A program made the translations under genes and the position numbers. The notes beneath the pieces are model-generated. The model did no database searches. It was not told where the DNA came from and saw nothing but the letters and a program-made list of their open reading frames with translations. Below, in pieces: positions 38,434 through 46,782 of a stretch of DNA of 53,894 nucleotides; positions within the stretch are counted from its first letter, which is position 1; each line of letters begins with the position of its first letter. Origin of the DNA: a virus (Duplodnaviria; Caudoviricetes); IMG/VR virus record IMGVR_UViG_3300050119_000052, positions 1 through 53,894 of that record, one strand, 5' to 3'.

Positions 38434-38678
38434 GCCGGATTGAAGGAGCTGGCAGCGTGGTTTACGACCCTGATGAGCCGTTATGGGTGACACCTGACCT
38501 CGCCGCGAACGTCGCCGAGGTCAATATCAACACCATCCGTCAGTGGAAAGCTCGGGGACTCGTCCGGTCCAACGATCGCGGCTGCTACAGCCTCAGGGAT
38601 GTCTGGAACTGGCTGGAGCAGCGCAATCAATCCCAGGTCAGGAAATTGACGGACCCGGATGAGACGATGACAACGTGA
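38430..38678 (+). CDS. MerR-like HTH protein
   Basis: AANVAEVNINTIRQWKARGLV...YSLRDV. Confidence 0.7.
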   Translation: MSRIEGAGSVVYDPDEPLWVTPDLAANVAEVNINTIRQWKARGLVRSNDRGCYSLRDVWNWLEQRNQSQVRKLTDPDETMTT

Positions 38679-38820
38679 CGGAAGCCACCTGGGACGCCAT
38701 CGAACGCAGCTGCTACAGAACTGAGTACTACTAGCCTTTCGACACGCCGTAGCTGACCTACTTGCGTGGATTGACAATCCGTGTCACGCTGTCGGCACCA
38801 GGACCATGTCCTGGAATCAT

Positions 38821-38862
38821 CCCCGCCGTCCGCTTAGCTGCGTATCGGCGGGGTTTTGCTTT
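38821..38862 (+). terminator. intrinsic terminator in the late leader
   Basis: CCCCGCCG...CGGCGGGG followed by TTTTGCTTT. Confidence 0.7.
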
Positions 38863-38875
38863 GTCTGGAGACCCC

Positions 38876-39058
38876 GTGTTTGCACTAATAGCGTTCGTCA
38901 TCTTCGTGATCGCGGCCGTACGTGATTGGTTCGCGACCGCGCCGACCCACCAGCTGGGTCTGCTGTTCATCGGCCTGGCGTTGCTGTCGTTGCATCTTGT
39001 GTGGGGGATTGTGCTGCCTCACTTCACCCGGGCACCCGCTGCACCCCCGGCCGCGTAG
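38876..39058 (+). CDS. small two-TM protein
   Basis: RBS GGAG; hydrophobic. Confidence 0.55.
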   Translation: MFALIAFVIFVIAAVRDWFATAPTHQLGLLFIGLALLSLHLVWGIVLPHFTRAPAAPPAA

Positions 39059-39128
39059 ACGTGTCGCTTCTCTGGATCCTGGTGCTCGTCCTGGTCGTGG
39101 TCGCGATCATCTGGGTCGTCAGGCACTA

Positions 39129-39569
39129 GTGGAGCTGCATCCGACTCACGGCTTCACGAAGCGCGGCCACGCAGTCCACGGCAAGACGATGGACCACATG
39201 CCGACCGACACCGCCTACCAGCGGTTCTGCCAGACCATCGCGGTACGGGTAACACGCAACGTCGGCACGATGACATGCGCGTTCGTGTTCGCGCTCATCG
39301 CGTTCGTTGGCTTACCGGCGGCGTTGGGTTTGACGCTGGTGCCATCGCGGGCCGGCAACGTGGTGCTGTGGGTCAGCTCCGAGTTCATCCAGTTGGTGCT
39401 GTTGTCGATCATCATGGTCGGTCAGGATGTGGCGGCGAAGGCTAGCGACGCCCGGACGGCCTTGTCGTTCGAGCATTTGGAGTTCGTGAAGAACCAGGTC
39501 GACGAGACCACTGATGGCGGACTGAAGAAGATCCTCGACGCGATCGAGGCGCTAAAGCCTGCTACCTGA
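39129..39569 (+). CDS. membrane protein (DUF1003-like)
   Basis: IQLVLLSIIMVGQ motif. Confidence 0.6.
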   Translation: MELHPTHGFTKRGHAVHGKTMDHMPTDTAYQRFCQTIAVRVTRNVGTMTCAFVFALIAFVGLPAALGLTLVPSRAGNVVLWVSSEFIQLVLLSIIMVGQDVAAKASDARTALSFEHLEFVKNQVDETTDGGLKKILDAIEALKPAT

Positions 39570-39604
39570 TCGTCGTTGATTTCCCCGCGATCGGAGGCCG
39601 GTGA

Positions 39605-39931
39605 ATGGTCGGTTATGACCTGTGGGACACGGGCCCGAAACTCAACGAACTACTCGCCAACACGCACCTGATCCTCACCAACCAGAATCTGATCCTCGTC
39701 CAACTACACGAAACGAGAGAACAAATGACTTCAGCACAAGGCGACATCGACGCGGACGTTGCGGCTCTCACAGCGTCGGAGGCTGGTATCGCGAGCGCGG
39801 TAACTGCTCTGGTCGCGGAGATCGCGAACCTTCAGTCGCAGGGTGTCGACACGACCAAGCTGGATGCGATCGCGGCTCAGTTCACTGCTGACACGACCGC
39901 TGACCAGGCGGACGTACCACCAGCCTCATAG
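39605..39931 (+). CDS. coiled-coil hypothetical protein
   Basis: RBS GGAGG. Confidence 0.55.
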   Translation: MVGYDLWDTGPKLNELLANTHLILTNQNLILVQLHETREQMTSAQGDIDADVAALTASEAGIASAVTALVAEIANLQSQGVDTTKLDAIAAQFTADTTADQADVPPAS

Positions 39932-40123
39932 CTTCTCCGTCTTAGTAGTGGTGCGGGTGTGCTGCAATCCGCGAGCTAACAGTTCGCGGTAGGTGTCGGC
40001 TTTGGATTGGCCTTTGTCGGCCGCGAGAGCGTCTACGGCGGCTTTGCCTGATCGGCTGATGTAGAAGCTGACCATGACCCGATCCTTACTCGGACGCGGC
40101 AACGTGGCCTCGCGGGTTGTCAT
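39926..40123 (-). CDS. ribbon-helix-helix protein
   Basis: VMVSFYISRSGKAAVDALAADKGQSKADTYRELLARGL. Confidence 0.65.
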   Translation of the reverse strand: MTTREATLPRPSKDRVMVSFYISRSGKAAVDALAADKGQSKADTYRELLARGLQHTRTTTKTEKL

Positions 40124-40483
40124 CGTCTCGCCAGCGCTTATGTTCGGGGCGTACGAGGATGGCGCCGGTTCTATCACGGGGCGCGATGCGCTTAGGCTTC
40201 GGCGGTTCCTCGCCGAAGATCTGTGCTAAGAACTTCTCTTCCGGGCTGGGCTCGCCGTCGCTTGATGCACACGCGATGTGACCGCGTGACTGGACGTGCT
40301 TGGCCCACCATTCATCGAGTGCTTGTTCGGTATTGGCTGATTTTTGGCCGTGACGCTTGGGGCAGACCTTGCACCGGGTGAGCCAGTGATCGACGCCGAG
40401 CTGTTTGGTGTAGCGGACGAAGGCAAGACCAGGCAGACCAGGCAGACCAGGCCAAGGCCAACGGGATGACGGGACGACCCCGG

Positions 40484-40828
40484 ATGACAGCAACCCGTAA
40501 CCGCTTCCACACCGCCAAACCCAAACCAGACCACAGCCGGAAGTACGGCCCCGAACACCAGAGACTCCGCGCCCACTACAACAAACAGGTGCAGGCAGGG
40601 CAGGCATACTGCCAGCAAGGACTCAAGGGATCATCCGGCCGCTGCCACTACCGCACCCGCTGGATACCACCAGGCACACCCTGGCAGCTAGGCCACGACG
40701 ACACAGGCACCCACTACATCGGCCCCTGCCACCCACGCTGCAACCAACGCGACGGGGCACGCAGGGGCGGCCAAGCCGCCGCCACCACACAACGACCACG
40801 TACTACCTGGCACTCACAAACGTGGTAG
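40484..40828 (+). CDS. packaging-associated HNH endonuclease
   Basis: YG.EHQRLR...C...WQLGHDD...GPCHPRCN; immediately upstream of the terminase. Confidence 0.85.
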   Translation: MTATRNRFHTAKPKPDHSRKYGPEHQRLRAHYNKQVQAGQAYCQQGLKGSSGRCHYRTRWIPPGTPWQLGHDDTGTHYIGPCHPRCNQRDGARRGGQAAATTQRPRTTWHSQTW

Positions 40829-40958
40829 CCGAGCCGCCTACACACAGGCCGGTGGGGGCAGGTAAAACTACAAAACGGACATAACTACGACCCGCATGTT
40901 TTCCCTTTTTTCGCGGGGTGTTCTGGAGCGAGTGCGCGCACGGGAAGGGGCGGTCGGG
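40829..40958. other. putative cos/packaging region
   Basis: Non-coding gap between HNH and terS with A- and T-tracts and a switch in strand composition; expected cos position in HK97-like phages (inference). Confidence 0.55.
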
Positions 40959-41363
40959 ATGGGTCGACAGTGCCGTAACCCGAAGTGCAACCGTCCGTTG
41001 ACTGGTCGTAAGACGATGTGGTGTGACAGTGGGTGTCGGAACGCGGCGAGTCGCGCGGCGAGTCGTGGTGCGACGGTGATCAGCCTCCCGAAGGTGGAGG
41101 ACCAGGGCCCTCTGAGCACGTATTCGGCGTTCAAGGCGGCTCTCGACGCTGCGGGGCGCCTGGACACGCCTTTAGGGCAGCTCGCGCTGTCTCATGCGGC
41201 GCTGTTGAACGCCTCGGTTGCTGTGATGGGCCGTGCGGCGTTGGCCAAGGAGCTTCGTGAGACGTTTGTTGAGGCGATGAAGGATGCCGACCACAACACT
41301 TCCGCTCTCGACGAGATCAATGAGTCCGCTGCTGCTGCGCTCGAGCTCATTCGTGGAGCCTGA
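40959..41363 (+). CDS. terS: terminase small subunit (N-terminal Zn finger)
   Basis: Position; AALAKELR and LDEI motifs. Confidence 0.7.
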   Translation: MGRQCRNPKCNRPLTGRKTMWCDSGCRNAASRAASRGATVISLPKVEDQGPLSTYSAFKAALDAAGRLDTPLGQLALSHAALLNASVAVMGRAALAKELRETFVEAMKDADHNTSALDEINESAAAALELIRGA

Positions 41364-42909
41364 TCTTGTCGCGCCGAGGTATCTGACTGTCCCGGAGTAT
41401 GAGGGCACGTTGGGTCCGCATGTGGCGGCGGTGTCGACGTTGGCGGGGTTCGCGCCTGATCCGGAGCAGCGGATTCTGTTGGATGGTGCGTTCGGGTTGG
41501 ATAGGTCGGGGAAGCCGGCTGCGTTCGCGGTGGTGGTGATCGCGCCGCGGCAGAACTTGAAGACGGGGTTCCTTAAGCAGTATTCGCTGGGTCAATTGTT
41601 CGTCGTGTCGCAGCATTTGTCTCGGCGGGACGCTCAGGACTGGCTGATGGTGTGGTCCTCACATGAGTTCACGACGGCCGAGGCTGCGCTGCGTGACTTG
41701 GAGTCGCTGATCGAGGGGTCCCCGGATCTGGCGCGGATGGTGAAGCGGACGAGCCGCGGGTTCCTCGCGAAACATGGCGCTGTTCCGGTCATCGAGTTGA
41801 AGAACGGCGCCCGGTGTGTGTTCAAGACCCGCACCAAGGGCGGCGGGCGGGGGTTGTCGGGTAACAAGACGATCCTCGACGAGGCGTTCGCGGTGCAGGC
41901 GGGGCAGGCGGGGGCGTTGCTGCCGATCATGTTGGCTCGACCGGGCGCGCAGGTGTTGTGGGCGTCGTCGGCGTGTCGACCCGAGTCGGCTGTGTTGTGG
42001 GATCAGGTGGTCCGTGGTCGCGCCGGGGCCCGGCGGATGTTGTATGCGGAGTGGTGCGCGCCGCCCCCAGCGGAGGCGTGCCGGTTGGGTGAGCGGTGCA
42101 CGCACGGCCGGGAGGTTCGCGGCTGCGGCTGCGACGACCTGGACCTGATCCGGGGTGTTCATTCGGCGATCACCCGCGGCCGTATCGACATTCAGACCGT
42201 TGTCGATCTGCGGTCGCTGCCGCCGGAGGAGTATTGCCGGGAGATCATGGGCTGGCACAACGACGTCGTCGGTTCGACGATGATCATGTCGCTGGCGAAG
42301 TGGTCGCTGCTGGCCGATGAGAAGTCTGGCCTCACATCGGTGTCCGCGTTCGGTGTCGCAGTGTCACATGACCGCAAGTGGGCGAGTATCGGCGCGGCGG
42401 GGCCGGCTAAGTCGGCGATCGGCCGCACCCACCTGGAACTGGTCGACCGGAGACCCGGCGTCGACTGGGTGGTGGAGCGGTGCAAGGAGTTGGCGAAGAC
42501 GCACAGGCGGGTGCCGTTCGTCGTCGACGACCACGGCCCGGCGGCGTCGCTGATCAAAGCGTTGAAGCAGGCGCGGGTGCCGCTGATGACAACCAGTACA
42601 GGTGAGTACGCGGACGCGACGGAACAGTTCCTCGACGGTGTGGTGGGTGAGTTGTTCACCCACGGCCCGGACGAGGTGATTCAGGACGCGGTCGACGCGG
42701 TGCAGCCGCGGCCGATGGGTGACCGGTTCGTTCTCGGCCGCAAAGCGTCGGGGGACATCACAGCGCTGGAAGGTCCCATGCTCGCGGCGTGGGGCGCATC
42801 GAACTACAAGCGGCCCACCTATGTGGTCGACCTCAACCAGTTTGGAGCCGTAGATGACGTGGTTGAGGCGGGTGACGAGGCAGCGGGTCCTGATCCACTC
42901 GGCCGCTGA
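41320..42909 (+). CDS. terL: terminase large subunit
   Basis: PRQNLKT Walker-A-like, GRGLSG, ILDEA Walker B, DITALE; start could be GTG 41353. Confidence 0.92.
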   Translation: MSPLLLRSSSFVEPDLVAPRYLTVPEYEGTLGPHVAAVSTLAGFAPDPEQRILLDGAFGLDRSGKPAAFAVVVIAPRQNLKTGFLKQYSLGQLFVVSQHLSRRDAQDWLMVWSSHEFTTAEAALRDLESLIEGSPDLARMVKRTSRGFLAKHGAVPVIELKNGARCVFKTRTKGGGRGLSGNKTILDEAFAVQAGQAGALLPIMLARPGAQVLWASSACRPESAVLWDQVVRGRAGARRMLYAEWCAPPPAEACRLGERCTHGREVRGCGCDDLDLIRGVHSAITRGRIDIQTVVDLRSLPPEEYCREIMGWHNDVVGSTMIMSLAKWSLLADEKSGLTSVSAFGVAVSHDRKWASIGAAGPAKSAIGRTHLELVDRRPGVDWVVERCKELAKTHRRVPFVVDDHGPAASLIKALKQARVPLMTTSTGEYADATEQFLDGVVGELFTHGPDEVIQDAVDAVQPRPMGDRFVLGRKASGDITALEGPMLAAWGASNYKRPTYVVDLNQFGAVDDVVEAGDEAAGPDPLGR

Positions 42910-43063
42910 CCAGACGTTCGAGGGCTTGTTGTGGGAGCAGGACAAGGAAGGCGTGACCCTTCGGGACGCGGCCCTGATCAGTGAGAAAGGCGCACAGACG
43001 CGGCTGGCGGGGGAGGTGTGGATTCCCCGCGGCAACGTGCTGTTCGCGCAGCACGACGGATAA
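42854..43063 (+). CDS. small Sm-like hypothetical protein
   Basis: TFEGLL...GEVWIPRGNVLFAQ. Confidence 0.6.
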   Translation: MTWLRRVTRQRVLIHSAADQTFEGLLWEQDKEGVTLRDAALISEKGAQTRLAGEVWIPRGNVLFAQHDG

Positions 43064-43072
43064 GAGGCGGCC

Positions 43073-44314
43073 ATGCAGGTTCTGACCAGGGATCGGCGCT
43101 TCGAAGAGGTCCGTTCGGGCACCTGGAATCCGGCTCAGCAGTGGGGTTCGACTGTGCCGCCCACCAACGGGCAGGCGGGTGGCGTCGCGGCCTCGGGGAC
43201 GACGGTGTCGGAGAAGCACGCGATGCAGCTCGCGGCGGCGTGGGGGTCGGTGTCGATCATCTGCGACGCGTTGGCGACGCTACAGATCCGGCAGTACAAG
43301 CTGGTGTCGAGTAGCGACGTCCCGGTGCAGATGGACCCGTCGCAGGTCATCGCGGAGCCGTGGCCCGAGATCAATCAGCTGGATTTCATCACCCAGGGCA
43401 CCTATTCGCTTTTGCAGCGGGGGAATCTGTTCGGCAACATCACCGCACGGGACCCGAACACCCTTTACCCGACGCAGGTGCAGCTCGTCCACCCTGATCA
43501 TGCGCGGGTTCGCCGCGCCGGCCAGGGGCAGATCGAGGTGTCCTACTTCAACAAGGTCGCGAACCCCGACAATGTGACCCGGGCGATGGCGCTGTCCGTC
43601 CCTGAGGGACTGGTCGGGTTGAACCCGATCGAGTACATGCGTAACTCGTTCGGGCTGGGTTTGGCGCAGGACGGCATGAGTGGTTCGTTCTTCGCGAACT
43701 CGGCTAGGCCCGATGGTGTCCTCCAAGTCGAGGGTGATCTGGACCCGGACGAAACGAAGGCGATGCTCGCCGCGTGGAACTCCTCCCATCAGGGCATCGA
43801 GGCCGCGTACGGCGTCGGTGTGTTGACGAGCGGCGCCAAGTGGCAACCGATCACGATGAACCTCGCGGACGCCCAGTTCTTGCAGCAGATGCAGTATTCG
43901 GCGTCGGTGATTTCCGGGATGATTTACCGGGTTCCGCCGCACATGCTCGGCATCGTCGACAAGTCCACGTCGTGGGGTGCCGGCATCGAGCAGCAGGAAC
44001 AAGGGTTCATCACCAACACCATCGGGATCTGGCTGGCCCGCTGGGAAGACTTGATGACGTCGTGGCTGCCACCAAGGCAGTTCGTGATGTTCGACCTGAG
44101 CAAGCGGCTCCGTGGTGACACGTTGCAGCGCTGGTCGATGTATCAGATGGCGCGGGTTATCGGTGCGATGAACAACCTTCAGATCATCAAGGCTGAGGGT
44201 TTGGAGATTCCGACGGACCCGGCGGTGTTGGCGACGTTGGCGGATTATGCGGCGCCGTTGAATTCGGCGCCGATGAAGCCGACGAATTCCGCAGTCGACG
44301 GAGACAAAGCGTAA
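43073..44314 (+). CDS. HK97-family portal protein
   Basis: GLNPI, FFANSARP, DAQFL, YRVPPHMLG, IEQQ. Confidence 0.93.
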   Translation: MQVLTRDRRFEEVRSGTWNPAQQWGSTVPPTNGQAGGVAASGTTVSEKHAMQLAAAWGSVSIICDALATLQIRQYKLVSSSDVPVQMDPSQVIAEPWPEINQLDFITQGTYSLLQRGNLFGNITARDPNTLYPTQVQLVHPDHARVRRAGQGQIEVSYFNKVANPDNVTRAMALSVPEGLVGLNPIEYMRNSFGLGLAQDGMSGSFFANSARPDGVLQVEGDLDPDETKAMLAAWNSSHQGIEAAYGVGVLTSGAKWQPITMNLADAQFLQQMQYSASVISGMIYRVPPHMLGIVDKSTSWGAGIEQQEQGFITNTIGIWLARWEDLMTSWLPPRQFVMFDLSKRLRGDTLQRWSMYQMARVIGAMNNLQIIKAEGLEIPTDPAVLATLADYAAPLNSAPMKPTNSAVDGDKA

Positions 44315-44321
44315 TAGCAAA

Positions 44322-44389
44322 GCACCCAGCGGAGAAGCCCGAAAGGGAAATGGGTGACGTTTTGGAGATGGGGCTTCCCCGCTGAGTGC
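44322..44389 (-). ncRNA. orphan dual-spacer guide RNA #2; spacer A TCTCCAAAA, spacer B TTTCCCTTT
   Basis: 18-bp stem that is complete only on the minus strand (two G.U); CCA-N9-CGTCACCCA-N9-CG; TAGACT at 44402-44397 and CTGTCA 18 bp upstream. Confidence 0.82.
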
Positions 44390-44419
44390 AGCCACAAGTC
44401 TACCTGAAAGGAGGTCGCC

Positions 44420-45394
44420 GTGACAGACGACGCAAGCGACGCAGCCGAGGAGAAGGCTCTGCCGAAGTCGGTCGAGTGGCGCAAGACGCGCGCCATGGAA
44501 CTGCGAGGCGCCGAGCGTCGCACCCATCTGGAGCATGTCGAGTTCCGCGACAACCCAGACGGGTCCCTGCATCTGTCCGGTTACGCATCGGTTACGAATA
44601 CTCCATACGATATGGGATGGTATTCCGAGTCGATCTCCCGCGGCGCGTTCGCGAAAACCCTCGCCGAAAACCCCGACGTGCAACTCCTCGTGAACCACGC
44701 CGGGCTGCCGTTGGCGCGCACCAAGTCGGGCACTTTGCAACTGTCTGAGGACAACACGGGGCTGCGGGTAGACGCTGATCTCGACCCGGAAGACCCCGAC
44801 GTGCAGTCGCTGTCGCGGAAGATGAAGCGCGGCGATATCGACCAGATGAGCTTCGCGTTCCGTGCGACCAGGCAGTCCTGGGACGAGGACTACACCGACC
44901 GGCAGATCACCGAATGCGATATTCACCGCGGCGATGTCAGCGTTGTGAATCAGGGTGCGAACCCGAGCACGTCCGTGTCGGTGCGCACTGAAGACGCACT
45001 GGTGGCGTTGCGGCACATCGGGCACCTCGGATTCCTCGAGGCGATGCTCGACATTCGGCGCTTCTCCGGCACTCCGCTGGAGCAGCGGGCCGGGATGACG
45101 CTGTCCGCGGCCACCACCGAGGTACTGACCCAGGTGCTGGCCCTCATTGCGACGGCGGACGAAGCAGTCGACGAGGCTCAGCCGCTCCTGGCCGATCTGA
45201 TGGGCGTCCCCAACCCCGACGAGCCCGAAGAGGACGCGAGCGATGCGACCGTCGATGACACCAGCGACGAAGGTGACGACGGCGACCAGGGCGGCGACGA
45301 GGGCGAACAGGACTCGGCCCGCAGCGTGTCGCTGGCGTTGGAAGCCCGCCGCCGCCTAGAAGCGCTCCGCTACCCGAAGAAGGACGCAGCATGA
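44420..45394 (+). CDS. HK97-type prohead protease
   Basis: GYASV, LLVNH, MSFAF, DVSVV...AN; acidic C-terminal extension. Confidence 0.9.
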   Translation: MTDDASDAAEEKALPKSVEWRKTRAMELRGAERRTHLEHVEFRDNPDGSLHLSGYASVTNTPYDMGWYSESISRGAFAKTLAENPDVQLLVNHAGLPLARTKSGTLQLSEDNTGLRVDADLDPEDPDVQSLSRKMKRGDIDQMSFAFRATRQSWDEDYTDRQITECDIHRGDVSVVNQGANPSTSVSVRTEDALVALRHIGHLGFLEAMLDIRRFSGTPLEQRAGMTLSAATTEVLTQVLALIATADEAVDEAQPLLADLMGVPNPDEPEEDASDATVDDTSDEGDDGDQGGDEGEQDSARSVSLALEARRRLEALRYPKKDAA

Positions 45395-46539
45395 CCAGCG
45401 TCGAAGTCGTGTCCGAGCCGCTCACCTACGAGCGGCACGGCCCCCACTCGTACTTCCAGGACATGTATCGGGCGCAGGAAGATCCTCGCGCCTTTGACCG
45501 CTTGTCCCGGCACAGCGCGGAGATGCGGGTCGTTGGTGAGAAGCGGGAGGCACGTGCCCGTCAGGCGCTCGACGCTGGTGACCTGGAGTACCGGGTCAGC
45601 CCCGACACAACTCAGGGCACGGGCGGGTACCTCACCGTGCCACTCTGGCTCGATCAGTTGTTCGCGACGGCGCCGCGCCCGGGCCGGATCTTGGCAGCTC
45701 TGATCGAGGCTGCGTTCGACCTGCCTGACGGTGTGTCGTCGATCAACGTCCCGATTCTGACCGCTGGCACGGCCGTGCAGCCTGTGCTCGACGACTCCGC
45801 GGCGCCGAGCGCTGATGTCACCGACGCGGCGGGTTCCTCGACCGTCGTCACCCTCACTGGCCAGTCTGATTGGCCGATCCAGGCACTGGAGCAGTCCCCG
45901 GCCGGTGCCGCCCTGGATTGGGTGATCTTCACCGACATGGCTGCCGCCTACGACGCCCAACTCGAAACGCAACTCCTCACCGGACTGGGTGCCGCTGCGA
46001 AGCAACTAGTTGGTGTCCTCAACGTCGCGGGCACGGTCGGCGTCACCTACACCAACGCGTCGCCGACCGGCGCGTTGCTGTACCCCTATCTCGGCCAAGC
46101 GACGGCTCGGGTCGGTAACAACCGCAATCTGCCGCCGGAGGCGTTTCTGATGCGGACGGCTCGGTGGGCGTGGCTCGCTACGTCTGAGGACACGCAGGGC
46201 CTCCCCTTTTTCTTGCCCACGTTTTTTCTCGGCGACGACGAGGACACCCCGGATGCGCTCGGTGGTGTCGTCGGGATCCCCGTGTTCTGTGATGACGCGT
46301 TGCCCGCGAATCTCGGTGCGGGCGGCAATCAGGATGTCATTGTCGCGTTGCGACCGTCGGACATGGTCATTTTCGAAGGCACCCCGCAGACCACCGTGAT
46401 GCGTGAGGTGCTGTCCGGGTCGCTCGGTGTCCGCTTCCAGATGCACAACAGAGTTGCTGCGATCACGAATCGCTACCCGTCCGGTATCTCGCCCATTACC
46501 GGGACGGGCCTCGTCGTGCAGTCAGGCTTCAGCTCCTGA
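45391..46539 (+). CDS. major-capsid-like protein, paralogue 1 (short)
   Basis: HK97-fold motifs GGYLTVPLWL and REVLSGSLGVRFQ shared with the next gene. Confidence 0.8.
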   Translation: MTSVEVVSEPLTYERHGPHSYFQDMYRAQEDPRAFDRLSRHSAEMRVVGEKREARARQALDAGDLEYRVSPDTTQGTGGYLTVPLWLDQLFATAPRPGRILAALIEAAFDLPDGVSSINVPILTAGTAVQPVLDDSAAPSADVTDAAGSSTVVTLTGQSDWPIQALEQSPAGAALDWVIFTDMAAAYDAQLETQLLTGLGAAAKQLVGVLNVAGTVGVTYTNASPTGALLYPYLGQATARVGNNRNLPPEAFLMRTARWAWLATSEDTQGLPFFLPTFFLGDDEDTPDALGGVVGIPVFCDDALPANLGAGGNQDVIVALRPSDMVIFEGTPQTTVMREVLSGSLGVRFQMHNRVAAITNRYPSGISPITGTGLVVQSGFSS

Positions 46540-46548
46540 CGCAATGGA

Positions 46549-46616
46549 GCACCCAGCGGAGAAGCCCGCACACCGACTGGGTGCCGCTCATGACCTGGGG
46601 TCTCTCCGCTGAGTGC
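46549..46616 (-). ncRNA. orphan dual-spacer guide RNA #3; spacer A GGTCATGAG, spacer B GTCGGTGTG
   Basis: Same 18-bp stem family; loop repeat CGGCACCCA; TAGACT at 46630-46625. Confidence 0.78.
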
Positions 46617-46782
46617 CGTCCCCGAGTCTAACCACTAGTCGTTTCACCCCACGCCGGGCCTGTGCCCGGTGCGCGCCGCTGCACCCACGGGTCGCAGCAC
46701 CCGCACCGGACGTGGCGCACCACCTGGGAAATCCAGCAAACCCCCAGAGCGCACGAATGCGCCCGACGCTAGGAGAACAGCA

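Noticed and set aside
40086-40607. Minus-strand ORF with AGACCAGGC x3 microrepeat
   Set aside because: 5' part overlaps the HNH gene and no credible start was found; may be a gene remnant but cannot be supported.
44322-44389. Plus-strand terminator or late-promoter inverted repeat (also 5301 and 46549)
   Set aside because: No T-tract, 30-nt loop with the fixed array repeat, and wobble pairs plus a -10 box that work only on the minus strand.
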